Under the pieces are notes generated by a model, which saw nothing but the letters and a program-made list of their open reading frames with translations, was not told where the DNA came from and did no database searches. DNA of 64,000 nucleotides, from positions 64,001 to 128,000 of the forward strand of contig CAVTNB010000001.1 in the NCBI GenBank assembly GCA_963736005.1, given 5' to 3'. Position 1 is the first letter of the stretch, and each line of letters starts with the position of its first letter. The translations under genes and the position numbers were made by a program. This DNA comes from an uncultured Pseudomonadota bacterium (lineage in GTDB: Bacteria > Vulcanimicrobiota > Vulcanimicrobiia > Eremiobacterales > Eremiobacteraceae). Shown one piece after another: positions 30,285-39,725 of the stretch.

Positions 30285-32261
30285 ATGCCTACTTCGAAAG
30301 CTACCTCGGTCTGCCCGGTTGTGACGCGTGAAGAACTCCTGTACTTGCTCACCAGAGCGTCCGAACTTGAGCACGATCTGGCCTGCGTGTATCTGTACGC
30401 GGGCTACTCGCTGAAGAATCATATTAATGAGGGCGGGGTCACACCGGAAGAACTAGAGACCGTCCGCACGTGGAAGCGTAAACTTGCTGGAGTTGCCATC
30501 GAGGAAATGCTCCACCTAGCGCAGGTGTCTAACATCTTGACCGCAGTTGGCGGCGCTCCACATTTTGCTCGCTCGAATTTTCCTTTGCCGGCGTCGACCT
30601 TTCCCTTCGGTATCGCGCTGACGCTCGAGCCATTCTCGCAGGCACTCATCGAACGCTTCGTGTGTTACGAGTTACCCGAAGACGGCGTTTTGCCGAAAGA
30701 TCGCGCTGCCTTTTATGAAGCGATTCGCTCGCACATCGCGGTGAGCTTCGATCAAGTCGAAGCGATTCGGGTTCAGAACGCGTTGGAACCATTCGACATT
30801 GATTTTCGAACGGTCGGTGAATTCTATCACAAGATCGAGACAGCGTTCCACCGCATGCCCCAGGAGCGCCTGTTTATAGGACCACCCGAGGCGCAAGCGA
30901 ATCCGAAATATCTTGACCTTGCCGACGAACTGGTAGAAGTGACGGATGCCGCCTCTGCACTTCGCGCCATTGAAATGATTGTGGAGCAAGGGGAATCGCC
31001 AACCAGCGAACACCCAGACGCCCATTTCGTCGTCTTTGATTCCATCCGCGGAGAATACGAAGAACTGTGCTCGCGCGCAAAAGCACAGGGAAGAGTTTTC
31101 GATCCGGTTCGTCCCTTAATCAGCAATCCGACGACTCGCGGCTACGCTGATGCACCCGGTTCGAATCGTATCACTGGCGCCGTGGCCCAAGAGCTGGCGG
31201 AGCTTTTCAACGAGGCATACGATCTGATGCTGGTCATGCTCCTGAGATTTTTTGCGCATGAAGGTGAAACTGAAGAGCAATTTCGGTTGCTTGCACGAGG
31301 CACGTTGCGCATCATGGCTTCCGTGCTTCGGCCGCTCGGTGAAGCCCTCGCAAAGACCCCAGCCGGACCTGAGTATCCGGGAAAGATGGCCGGACCTGGT
31401 TTTGGATTCAATCGCAGCGTTCATCTCTTATCGCATCGGCAATCGGCATGGATATACTTTCTGGAGCGGCTCTACGATTTGGCAACTCGATTGACGCGAC
31501 TGGCGGACGAGTCGACGATACCGGCCGAAGTGCAAGAGGCGGCGGCTGCCCTCGAATCGGTGGCGGAGTATCTCACGCCATTCATTCCACCCAACTTTGC
31601 CCAAACGATTCGCGACAGCGCGAGCGCGCAGAACGCGCGCGCTACCATTCGCCCCGAGCTCAATGGGCCGCTGATCGTCCGCAATTTACAAAAAATCACC
31701 AATTCGAAAGGCGAGACTCTACGAACTCGCCCAGTCGTGGCGTTGTGTCGGTGTGGAGGATCGAACCTCAAACCGTATTGCGACGGTACGCATGCGCGCA
31801 ACGGCTTTGCGAGCGCCAAATCGCCAAATCGAACGCCGGATATCTTGGATAGCTATGAGGGGAATGGAATCACTGTCCGCGACAATCGGGGCACGTGCTG
31901 TCACTTTGGGAACTGCACCGATCATCTGCCGCAGGTGTTTCACGCGTCAGGCGAACCATTTGTCACGGCTTTGGGAGCGGATGCGGATAGTATCGAGCGT
32001 ATCGTGCGCCAGTGTCCTTCGGGAGCACTCGGCTTTGCCCGCGACGGAAATGCCTATCAAGGTGACCAGCGCGAACCCGAGATCTATGTCGCGAATAATG
32101 CGAGCTATTACGTTCGAGGCGGAATTGAATTGGATGGCGAGATGATGAATGAGGGCGCAAATCGCGAACACTACGCGCTCTGCCGCTGCGGGCAGTCAAA
32201 GAACAAGCCTTTCTGCGACGGGACCCATTGGTGGGTGAAGTTCAGCGATCCTGACAATTAG
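30285..32261 (+). CDS. Ferritin-like domain fused to CDGSH-FeS-CDGSH module
   Basis: ELEH..YLYA..EEMLHL..EQGE..H ferritin-like ligands; CRCGGSNLKPYCDGTH and CRCGQSKNKPFCDGTH; CCHFGNC..CPSGAL. Confidence 0.85.
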   Translation: MPTSKATSVCPVVTREELLYLLTRASELEHDLACVYLYAGYSLKNHINEGGVTPEELETVRTWKRKLAGVAIEEMLHLAQVSNILTAVGGAPHFARSNFPLPASTFPFGIALTLEPFSQALIERFVCYELPEDGVLPKDRAAFYEAIRSHIAVSFDQVEAIRVQNALEPFDIDFRTVGEFYHKIETAFHRMPQERLFIGPPEAQANPKYLDLADELVEVTDAASALRAIEMIVEQGESPTSEHPDAHFVVFDSIRGEYEELCSRAKAQGRVFDPVRPLISNPTTRGYADAPGSNRITGAVAQELAELFNEAYDLMLVMLLRFFAHEGETEEQFRLLARGTLRIMASVLRPLGEALAKTPAGPEYPGKMAGPGFGFNRSVHLLSHRQSAWIYFLERLYDLATRLTRLADESTIPAEVQEAAAALESVAEYLTPFIPPNFAQTIRDSASAQNARATIRPELNGPLIVRNLQKITNSKGETLRTRPVVALCRCGGSNLKPYCDGTHARNGFASAKSPNRTPDILDSYEGNGITVRDNRGTCCHFGNCTDHLPQVFHASGEPFVTALGADADSIERIVRQCPSGALGFARDGNAYQGDQREPEIYVANNASYYVRGGIELDGEMMNEGANREHYALCRCGQSKNKPFCDGTHWWVKFSDPDN

Positions 32262-32275
32262 GTGAGGCTCGCCGA

Positions 32276-32936
32276 TTGAAACAATTCTTCAAAGGGACAG
32301 GATTGGCCATAGGTCTCCTTATTGCCGTCTATGTGCCTGCTTTTCTGATTACCGCGCTCATTCGACCGTCGATCGCGGTTGCCGTACCCATGGTCATCGT
32401 CATTTCCTTCGGCGTTTGCTTCGCAATCATCGTTGCTCTCGCGAGGCGCCCAGAGGGGCTGGCAGAGTTTGGGTTTCGGCTGCCGCAAGCAAAATATGTC
32501 TGGTGGTGTTTGGGCATTGGTGCAGTGTTCGGCCTCATTGCGGGTTACGCTACGTATCTCTTCCCCACAAGACCACCGTACGACGTTTCAAAGTTCGCGC
32601 CGGTCTGTGCTCGTGTCGTACTTTGTGATCGGCGCTTCCGTGCAAGAAGAAACAATATTTCGGGGGCTCTTCCAGACGATACTTGCCCGTTTTTTTACTC
32701 AGAGACATTAAGATCTTTGGGTTCACCTCGGCAGCGAGGTTGTGGTCGTTGCAGTTCTGTTTTGCCTCATCCATATTCCAGAAGGCCCGGCGGTAGGGCT
32801 TGGCGCCCTCGTGCTCGGCCTGGTTGCAGGGGAATTTCGCAAGCGCAGTGGGAGCCTCGTGCCCGCAATCCTGGTTCACATGCTCTTCAATATCTCCAGC
32901 GGGATCTTCGAGTTTCTCCCAAGGTTCGGGCATTAG
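32276..32936 (+). CDS. CPBP (CAAX/Abi) intramembrane metalloprotease, frameshift near 32602
   Basis: QEETIFRG, FCLIH and SGSLVPAILVHMLFN motifs in the shifted frame (an in-frame stop near 32709 is also present). Confidence 0.75.
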
Positions 32937-33022
32937 CAAAGAAAAATGTCCGCTGCCCAGCCCCTGAAACGTTAGAAGCTCGAGGTACCAAATGATGGCA
33001 CCCAAACCAAGGAGGAATCGTC

Positions 33023-33358
33023 ATGAGCGAATTCGTGTATCTGTATCGTGGTGGAGACCGATCGAACTCCCCGCAGCAGGCTGAGCAGGTGATGCAAAAG
33101 TGGGTTGCCTGGATGAACGAGCTGGGCGAAAAAGGTCACCTTAAAGATCGTGGCCAGCCGCTCGAACTCACCGGAAAGGTCGTGCGAGACAAGCAGGGCG
33201 TAATCACGGACGGTCCGTACGCAGAGTCCAAGGACATCGTGGGCGGGTATACGCTGGTTGCAGCCAAGGATCTCGCCCAAGCAGCGGAACTCTCCAAAGG
33301 CTGTCCGATTTTCGAATCTGGCGGCATCGTCGAAGTGCGGCCCGTGATGGAGATGTAG
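33023..33358 (+). CDS. YciI/DGPF family protein
   Basis: TDGPYAESKDIVGGY..VEVRPV; AGGAGG RBS. Confidence 0.92.
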   Translation: MSEFVYLYRGGDRSNSPQQAEQVMQKWVAWMNELGEKGHLKDRGQPLELTGKVVRDKQGVITDGPYAESKDIVGGYTLVAAKDLAQAAELSKGCPIFESGGIVEVRPVMEM

Positions 33359-34611
33359 TGGAACCAGGCGATACTCTCTTTCGGCGTGACGCGGGGCGGA
33401 TGGTCGCCGCCCTCACACGCATCTTCGGGATCCACAACCTCGCGCTGGCGGAAGACGTCGTCCAAGACGCCTTCTGCCGCGCGCTCGAAGTATGGAAGAT
33501 TCGCGGCGTTCCAGAGTCCCCATCCGCGTGGCTCATGAAGACCGCAAAGAACCGCGCGCTCGATGCGTTGCGGCGCGAGCGCACGGCGCGCACATTCGGC
33601 CCGGAATTAGGTCGGCTGCTCGAGAGCGAATGGACGCTCGTTCCCACGGTTGAGGAGCTGTTAGGACCCACTGCGATCAAAGACGATCAGCTCCGCATGA
33701 TGTTCTCTTGCTGTCACCCTCGATTGGCCGAACAAGCACAGGTGGCGCTCGTGCTCCATCTCCTGTGCGGTTTCAGCGTGGGTGAGATTGCAAGCGCGTT
33801 CCTCAGCAATCATTCCGCGGTCGAGAAGCGCATCACGCGGGCGAAGAAGGTGCTGGCCGGATCAAAAAGGTTGTTCGAACTCACCGATCGCGATTTCTCC
33901 AGGCGCCTTTCGGCCGTTCAGCGAGCTCTTTACTTGCTTTTTAACGAGGGCTATCACGGAGCGTCCCCAGAGTCTGCGGTACGCGTGGAGCTCTGCCGGG
34001 AAGCCATGCGGCTTGCCTTGCTCCTTGTCGAATATCCCCAAGCATCAACGCCGTCGACGCGGGCGCTCTACGCGCTGATGTGTCTCGATGCGGCGCGTTT
34101 ACCGGGCCGGGTTGATGCATCCGGGAATTTAAGCTCGCTCTTTGATCAGGACCGATCGCGCTGGGATGCAACGTTGATATCGCAAGGGCAAAAGTTCCTC
34201 GAACGATCGGCCACAGGTTCCGAGCTCAGCGAGTATCACATCGAGGCCGCAATTGCCTGGATTCATGCCAGTGCCCCTCGTGTGGAGGACACCAACTGGG
34301 AAAATATCGTCGCGCTCTATGATCAACTGATGGTCATTCGCCCCTCACCGGTCGTTGCGCTCAATCGTGCCATCGCCGTGGCCCAGTACGCTGGCCCGGA
34401 ACGCGGGCTCGAAGAAATTCACTCAATCCAAAATAAAGATCGCCTCGCCCGATATCCGTTTTATGCCGCGACGCTCGGCGAGCTCGAACATCGTCGTGAA
34501 AACTATGAGATTGCGCACGCACATTTCCAAGCTGCGCTCGCGCTTGCGCGCAATCCGATGGAACGACGATTCCTCGAGCAACGGTTAGAGTCGTGCAAAC
34601 TTAAGGCATGA
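33358..34611 (+). CDS. ECF sigma factor with C-terminal TPR-like extension (ECF42-type)
   Basis: AEDVVQDAF, DDQLRMMFSCCHP, LYLLFNEGY, QDRSRWD, PSPVVALNRA; paired with a DGPF gene. Confidence 0.92.
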   Translation: MEPGDTLFRRDAGRMVAALTRIFGIHNLALAEDVVQDAFCRALEVWKIRGVPESPSAWLMKTAKNRALDALRRERTARTFGPELGRLLESEWTLVPTVEELLGPTAIKDDQLRMMFSCCHPRLAEQAQVALVLHLLCGFSVGEIASAFLSNHSAVEKRITRAKKVLAGSKRLFELTDRDFSRRLSAVQRALYLLFNEGYHGASPESAVRVELCREAMRLALLLVEYPQASTPSTRALYALMCLDAARLPGRVDASGNLSSLFDQDRSRWDATLISQGQKFLERSATGSELSEYHIEAAIAWIHASAPRVEDTNWENIVALYDQLMVIRPSPVVALNRAIAVAQYAGPERGLEEIHSIQNKDRLARYPFYAATLGELEHRRENYEIAHAHFQAALALARNPMERRFLEQRLESCKLKA

Positions 34612-36355
34612 GAACGGGCGCAAGTGGATCTTTGACAGCGTCGATCCAACGGGAATCTCCAAACCACTCCCAGGCAATGGTGGAGTACGGCACGGTGCCG
34701 AACGAGAGGAGCTTGTCATGGAACGCACGCAGGCTGAAGTTTGCGCCTTCCTTGTCTTGGGCTTGCGCAAGCAACATTTCGATTTGTGACTTACCCGTGA
34801 GGTAATCGATGGCTTGCCCGGGTCCCATCGCGAAGCGCGTGCCTTCGCCGTAGGCCGTTGCTTCGTCTATCCCAGCGTTATCTTTGAAGAATTCGATTGC
34901 TTGTGGGAGCGTCATTTCTCCGCTGGCGAGGCCAATGTCGACCAGCACGCGCGTGGCGCGATGTCGCATCAGGTGGATGACGGCCGTGCGGCCCGCCGGG
35001 TCATCGTCGTAGAGGCCCGCGCGCATAAGCATCTCTTCACCGTAAAATGCCCAGCCTTCGGAAAAGACACTGTCACCGTGGACTTTACGAATGTAGTCCG
35101 GATTCTTGTACGCAATGGAAAACTGGAGGAAGTGGCCCGGGATCCCCTCATGCGCGAGCACTGGGAGTACCGCTTGGCGCGCTTGAGCCGCAAAGAAGCT
35201 TGTGTTCTTGGGGTCGTAATCAGGGACGAAATAAAACCCGGTTTGATCGCGATCGAACGTGCCAGGGGGATTCATGAAGCCGCCGGGGTTGATGGGTGCG
35301 AGTGCTTTTGGCAGCTCCACGATCTTGAACGCGCCGATATACGAGGGAATCGTGATAAGATTGTGGCTCTTGATGAAGGAGACGACTCGGGCCGTTTGAC
35401 TTTGATAGTATTGCAGGAACGCAGCCTTGTCCGCGAATTGGGGTTGCCGCCGCACAGGTCCGCTTGCGTAGGCTTGGTGGTCGCGCTCCCAGGCGGTGAG
35501 CGCACGGTCGCGGGCCAGCTCGAAGCGAGCCATTTGGGCGAGTTGATCCGAATTCCATGGCAGCAGCAGCACGCGGCGCAGCATCCAGTCATACTGTTGC
35601 TTTCCGACGGCGAAACCACCGGCGTGCCAGCTCGAAACGTGCGCATCGACCCAGCGCTTGTACGCATGTAGCTCGGCCAATGCTTGATCGCGCGCTGCGT
35701 ACAGGTCCGTTTTTTGTGCCGGCGTCAATCCGGGAGTAAGTGCATCCAAGCTGTCGGTAAAGAGCGGATCGGCACCGCCAATCTCCTGGGATGCAACGAC
35801 GCCGAATTCGCGCACGGGCTGGGTGAGATTGTGTTCGCCTTGCGCCAGCACCGGGCCGCATTGGCGCATGCGGGAGGCAGCGTCGTGCGCGCGCACCGCG
35901 TTACTTGCGAACTGCTTGGGCAACAAGGTAAAGATGCCGTTGGTACACTCCTCTTCGTAAATAGCGGGGTTGCGCTCACGCGCGCGGAGGTACGTTCGTT
36001 GCCACCAGTCCCCTTCAATGTCAGCCCGCAGCAGCAGATAGTTGATCTGATCGTGCACGGTCGTGCCGCCCGGTGCAAGCGCCGCAAGCTCGTTGCGAAA
36101 TTCCTGCAGTTGGGTGCCGTATGAGCGATCGGCTGCGTCGGAGAAATCAGTGAGCTTGTCGTCGGCAGTATGAAGTCCGTTGACGGTTGTCGAGATTGGA
36201 CTTGCCGTCCAGGTGAAGGTATAGTAGCGGTGTGCCAGCGCCTCGACCGCGGCAGCGCGAGTTGGGATAGCTGCTCCCAGTGAGGGCGCAAAGGTAAACG
36301 CGAACGTTACCGCCACCAGAGCAAGCGTTCGCGAGGCCCATGTTCTTGTGTGCAT
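34601..36355 (-). CDS. DUF885 family exported protein
   Basis: HEGIPGHFLQ, SEGWAFYGE, PGQAIDYLTGK, FHDKLL. Confidence 0.9.
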   Translation of the reverse strand: MHTRTWASRTLALVAVTFAFTFAPSLGAAIPTRAAAVEALAHRYYTFTWTASPISTTVNGLHTADDKLTDFSDAADRSYGTQLQEFRNELAALAPGGTTVHDQINYLLLRADIEGDWWQRTYLRARERNPAIYEEECTNGIFTLLPKQFASNAVRAHDAASRMRQCGPVLAQGEHNLTQPVREFGVVASQEIGGADPLFTDSLDALTPGLTPAQKTDLYAARDQALAELHAYKRWVDAHVSSWHAGGFAVGKQQYDWMLRRVLLLPWNSDQLAQMARFELARDRALTAWERDHQAYASGPVRRQPQFADKAAFLQYYQSQTARVVSFIKSHNLITIPSYIGAFKIVELPKALAPINPGGFMNPPGTFDRDQTGFYFVPDYDPKNTSFFAAQARQAVLPVLAHEGIPGHFLQFSIAYKNPDYIRKVHGDSVFSEGWAFYGEEMLMRAGLYDDDPAGRTAVIHLMRHRATRVLVDIGLASGEMTLPQAIEFFKDNAGIDEATAYGEGTRFAMGPGQAIDYLTGKSQIEMLLAQAQDKEGANFSLRAFHDKLLSFGTVPYSTIAWEWFGDSRWIDAVKDPLAPVLMP

Positions 36356-36499
36356 GCGTCTGGGTTCTAGAAAGCCGCGCGCATCCCCTGAAGAGCTGGG
36401 CATTTTGCAGGCTGGCGTAGCCATGGCGCGAATATGCCGCCCACGCGGTTCTCTGTGGGCCGCGGTCAATTATTTTACGCACTTAAGGCAAAGGAAATC

Positions 36500-36901
36500 A
36501 TGAGAAACAGAATCTACTTCGCTGCGCTGCCGCTCCTAGCGCTCGCGATTGTGCTCACGTTCACAATGCACTCACGTCCAGCTGTCGCGGCAATGAGTCC
36601 GATTTCAATCAAACAGTGCTTCATCATCCACAAGGCAATGAGCACGAATGCAGGCGGAACGCAGATTGTCTTTGTGAATCGCACCTCAAAGCCGGTGAAG
36701 CGGGTTACCTTCGCGGTGGGTTATCGCAACGCCGCGGAACACTTTCTTCGCAAAGTGACGGACATCGGCAACTTTGCCCCTGGCGTGGTGATCGATCACA
36801 AGTATTCGCTATACAGCGATGTCACGTATGCGGGCACGCAGCCAACGAGCTGCAGTGTCATAGCCGCGTGGTGGCAAGACGGCTCCAGCTGGACGCCGTA
36901 A
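36500..36901 (+). CDS. Secreted hypothetical protein
   Basis: AAGGA RBS, signal peptide, VTDIGNFAPGVVIDH. Confidence 0.8.
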   Translation: MRNRIYFAALPLLALAIVLTFTMHSRPAVAAMSPISIKQCFIIHKAMSTNAGGTQIVFVNRTSKPVKRVTFAVGYRNAAEHFLRKVTDIGNFAPGVVIDHKYSLYSDVTYAGTQPTSCSVIAAWWQDGSSWTP

Positions 36902-36927
36902 GCTCACAGTATTTCCCAGCAGGAGGG

Positions 36928-36959
36928 AGCCGCCGGCGCATGGCCGGCGGCTTTGTTTT
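36928..36959 (+). terminator. Rho-independent terminator
   Basis: AGCCGCCGGC-loop-GCCGGCGGCT followed by TTGTTTT. Confidence 0.75.
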
Positions 36960-36984
36960 GACCCGCTTCTAATGAAGCGCATTC

Positions 36985-37010
36985 GTAGGGGGCGATTGGA
37001 AAATCGGCCC
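36985..37010 (+). repeat. GTAG-type REP-like hairpin, family A
   Basis: GTAGGGGGCGATTGGAAAATCGGCCC; reverse-strand copies at 58462..58487 and 62608..62633. Confidence 0.75.
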
Positions 37011-37072
37011 ACGTAACTAGCGGGACAATCACGGGACGTACCAGCACCGTGACTGTGTGGAAGGCCGCCTTG

Positions 37073-38362
37073 TTACGTCGGTAGTTTTAGCGCCGTGCAA
37101 ACCGCTTGAGAAACGTGCAGCTTGCAAAAGGCATTTAAGTTAGCCGCCAACTTACCAGCCCACCCCTCAAACGTGTGTCGAAACGTAAGGCCCGAGGACG
37201 GATTGCCGAGAGTTAAACCGCTCGAATTAGCTGCGAACGTCCCCAACGCGACATCATTCTGATAGGTGATGAAGCTGTTCAAGGCGTTGGGGGACGCTGA
37301 AGGATTCGGCGCGGGCATGGTGGCCTCATGAGCAGCGGAATTGGCTTCCAGAAGCGTTCCTGCCAACGCGAGTGGGAAGAACGACAGCGCCGTCGTTTTG
37401 TTGCCGTCTGAGATGTTATCCGACCACACCGTCGAGAGGTACGGAGGAGCGGCAGAGCTGCAATTGACAACTTGCGCAGTAAAATTCGCTTCGCTGCTAC
37501 CGTAGACGGTGACAACCGCGAACGTCCCATCAGCGGTAACGGTTGAACCATTGAGGACAATCGCTCCGAGCGTTCCATGCCCAGCCGGCGTACTCTGGCG
37601 CGCACCATACGGATTGTTGGGATCGTTCGGCACGTACGGATCATCGAGGCACTGCGCGCGAAAATCCTCGAGGTTCCAGGTCGACTCCGGTACCACCGCA
37701 ACGGGATGCTGCGAATCGCAGTCGCGGAGCGAAATTTGACTGCGCGAGCAAACGTCATGTTCCAGCCGCTGGGCAATTACAAAGAGCAAAAAGTAGGCAG
37801 GGTTGTCGACGGAAGATCCGGTGGCAGTGCTACCCGTCGCAGGCCCGGAGCCGCCTTTGCCTCCACCTCCACCTCCGCCAGCGCTCGTTGCACCGCCAGA
37901 TTTTGTCGTGCCCGCTGGAGGGCCAGCCGGCCCGGCTCCAATCGATAAGAGCACGTAAAACGTCGGCTCTTGCGTTGCGACAAGAGGGGCTGCCTGAGGC
38001 TCGAGGCCGAGGACGCCTTCGCAAAAATTCAGTTGCTGCCAAAGTGCCCGTGGATCTCGTTCCCCCGGGTTCGGCGTGCAGGCACTCTTTGCCGCCGCCT
38101 GGCCGGCGAGCGCGGCGCAGGTATTGAGGCGACCAACGAGCAGCCCTGCGAGATAGGACTTCACGCCTACGGGGAGCGATTCAGGTGAGCTCTTGTATGT
38201 GGGCGAGTTGAAATTATACACGGCGACGATGTCATTGAGATCGGCCGTGCCGCAGATTGAGGTCGACAGCGCTGGCGAGGGCCCTTGCGCGCCATCTGCA
38301 CTCGTTGTTAAACCGGTCATAAGGCTACACACGAGGACAAATGCAAAAACCTTCTGGGTCAT
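37073..38362 (-). CDS. Secreted Cys-containing hypothetical protein with Gly-rich linker
   Basis: Signal peptide, AGGAG RBS, 24 bp downstream of the patatin gene. Confidence 0.75.
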   Translation of the reverse strand: MTQKVFAFVLVCSLMTGLTTSADGAQGPSPALSTSICGTADLNDIVAVYNFNSPTYKSSPESLPVGVKSYLAGLLVGRLNTCAALAGQAAAKSACTPNPGERDPRALWQQLNFCEGVLGLEPQAAPLVATQEPTFYVLLSIGAGPAGPPAGTTKSGGATSAGGGGGGGKGGSGPATGSTATGSSVDNPAYFLLFVIAQRLEHDVCSRSQISLRDCDSQHPVAVVPESTWNLEDFRAQCLDDPYVPNDPNNPYGARQSTPAGHGTLGAIVLNGSTVTADGTFAVVTVYGSSEANFTAQVVNCSSAAPPYLSTVWSDNISDGNKTTALSFFPLALAGTLLEANSAAHEATMPAPNPSASPNALNSFITYQNDVALGTFAANSSGLTLGNPSSGLTFRHTFEGWAGKLAANLNAFCKLHVSQAVCTALKLPT

Positions 38363-38386
38363 AGAGCTCGCTCTCCTAGGCCTCCG

Positions 38387-39589
38387 CTATTGCGTCAACG
38401 AGAAGCCGGCGAAGTCGTCGGGTGACACGTAGAGATCGGCCGCGGTCTTCCCGACGAGCTGCAATTCGTCGAGATGCGCGACGTCAAACGGCTGAACCGC
38501 ATTCTCGTCGACGCCATTCAACCCTAGCCGATCTAAACCTTGCCGCGAAAGGTCCACGTTGTAGCGCACATAGGTAAAGAGTTTCTCAGCCAGCGGCGCC
38601 TGATTGCCGACAAGGTCGCCGATCTCGGAGTCCAGCGCATGTCCTGTGCGGGTCCTTCCAAAGACGCGGCAGAGCATGTCTTGTTCGACGCCAGCGGCCG
38701 AGATGAGTGCAGCTGGCAGCGATTGCAGATTATACAGCAAGTTCATCTCATTTGGTCGCAGCTGCAGGTTCGCGCTCTCGCTCAAGCCTGTTCCGACGGA
38801 GAGCAGCAACAAATTTTCTTCACCGGCCGGCCACTGAATTTCGTACGGTGGCAGCGTGGCCATAAGAAACAGGAGAAACGCCGGATTGTTGTAGACGGTG
38901 ACGCCGCCGTCGACGAAGACAAACTGCTGATCGCCCACGCGAATCGTTTCAGGTGGGAAGAACACAGGGGCCGCCGTGCTCGCGCGTACTAGCTGCCAAA
39001 GCGGCAGATTTAAGTTGCAGTCCTTCAGCTCGCGCTGGTTGTACTGCGCTTTTGGATTGTTCGACAGCGGCCACGGCGAATCGGTCGATGCGTTACGCAT
39101 GACGATGAGCAGTAGGGTGCGAAGCTTGTCTGTTCCAAGCCTTGCATCTTCATCGCCGTCGGTTCCGATCACCGCTTTAATCTCTGCTGCCAGCGCCTTT
39201 TGCGTGAACATTGAAGAAGATGCGAGCACGCCGAGCGTGCTTAAAAATTTGGTAATCAATGAGTTCGGACCGAACTTGCGGCCAAGGCGCAAGAAGACAT
39301 TCGCCGGATCGAACATCGTGTGCGCGCCGGTTAAATAGAATTCTCGAATCTGTTGAGTGGAGAACCCAAGCGACGTGAACGTGGCGATAATCGCCCCCGT
39401 GCTCGTGCCGCCGACGTAGTCAAAGTAATCCGCAAGCACCAGGTCGCTCCGGCCAAACCTTTGGCGTAGCAGCGTCTCCACGCGAAAAAGGAACTCCAAA
39501 GCGATGAGCCCTCGAATGCCGCCTCCGTCGATCGAAAGAAGTTTCTTGGGACCACGCTTGGTTATACGTTCTTCGAGGTGTGGTTGCAT
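38387..39589 (-). CDS. Patatin-like phospholipase
   Basis: DGGGIRG, GTSTG, DGG catalytic motifs all intact. Confidence 0.95.
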   Translation of the reverse strand: MQPHLEERITKRGPKKLLSIDGGGIRGLIALEFLFRVETLLRQRFGRSDLVLADYFDYVGGTSTGAIIATFTSLGFSTQQIREFYLTGAHTMFDPANVFLRLGRKFGPNSLITKFLSTLGVLASSSMFTQKALAAEIKAVIGTDGDEDARLGTDKLRTLLLIVMRNASTDSPWPLSNNPKAQYNQRELKDCNLNLPLWQLVRASTAAPVFFPPETIRVGDQQFVFVDGGVTVYNNPAFLLFLMATLPPYEIQWPAGEENLLLLSVGTGLSESANLQLRPNEMNLLYNLQSLPAALISAAGVEQDMLCRVFGRTRTGHALDSEIGDLVGNQAPLAEKLFTYVRYNVDLSRQGLDRLGLNGVDENAVQPFDVAHLDELQLVGKTAADLYVSPDDFAGFSLTQ

Positions 39590-39725
39590 TGTGAACGCCT
39601 TCGTGATTGCTTGCCGCGGCGTTCGCCGAAAAGGGAGAACTTCTTCCAGCAGGCGCCGCTGGCGGGTTTCGAAGCGCGCTCCGCGAAAGCACGCCGCCCA
39701 GGTGCTATCAAATGCTAGTCAAGGT

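Noticed and set aside
37850..37885. CCTCCA tandem repeat
   Set aside because: Simply encodes the poly-Gly linker of the 37073..38362 protein.
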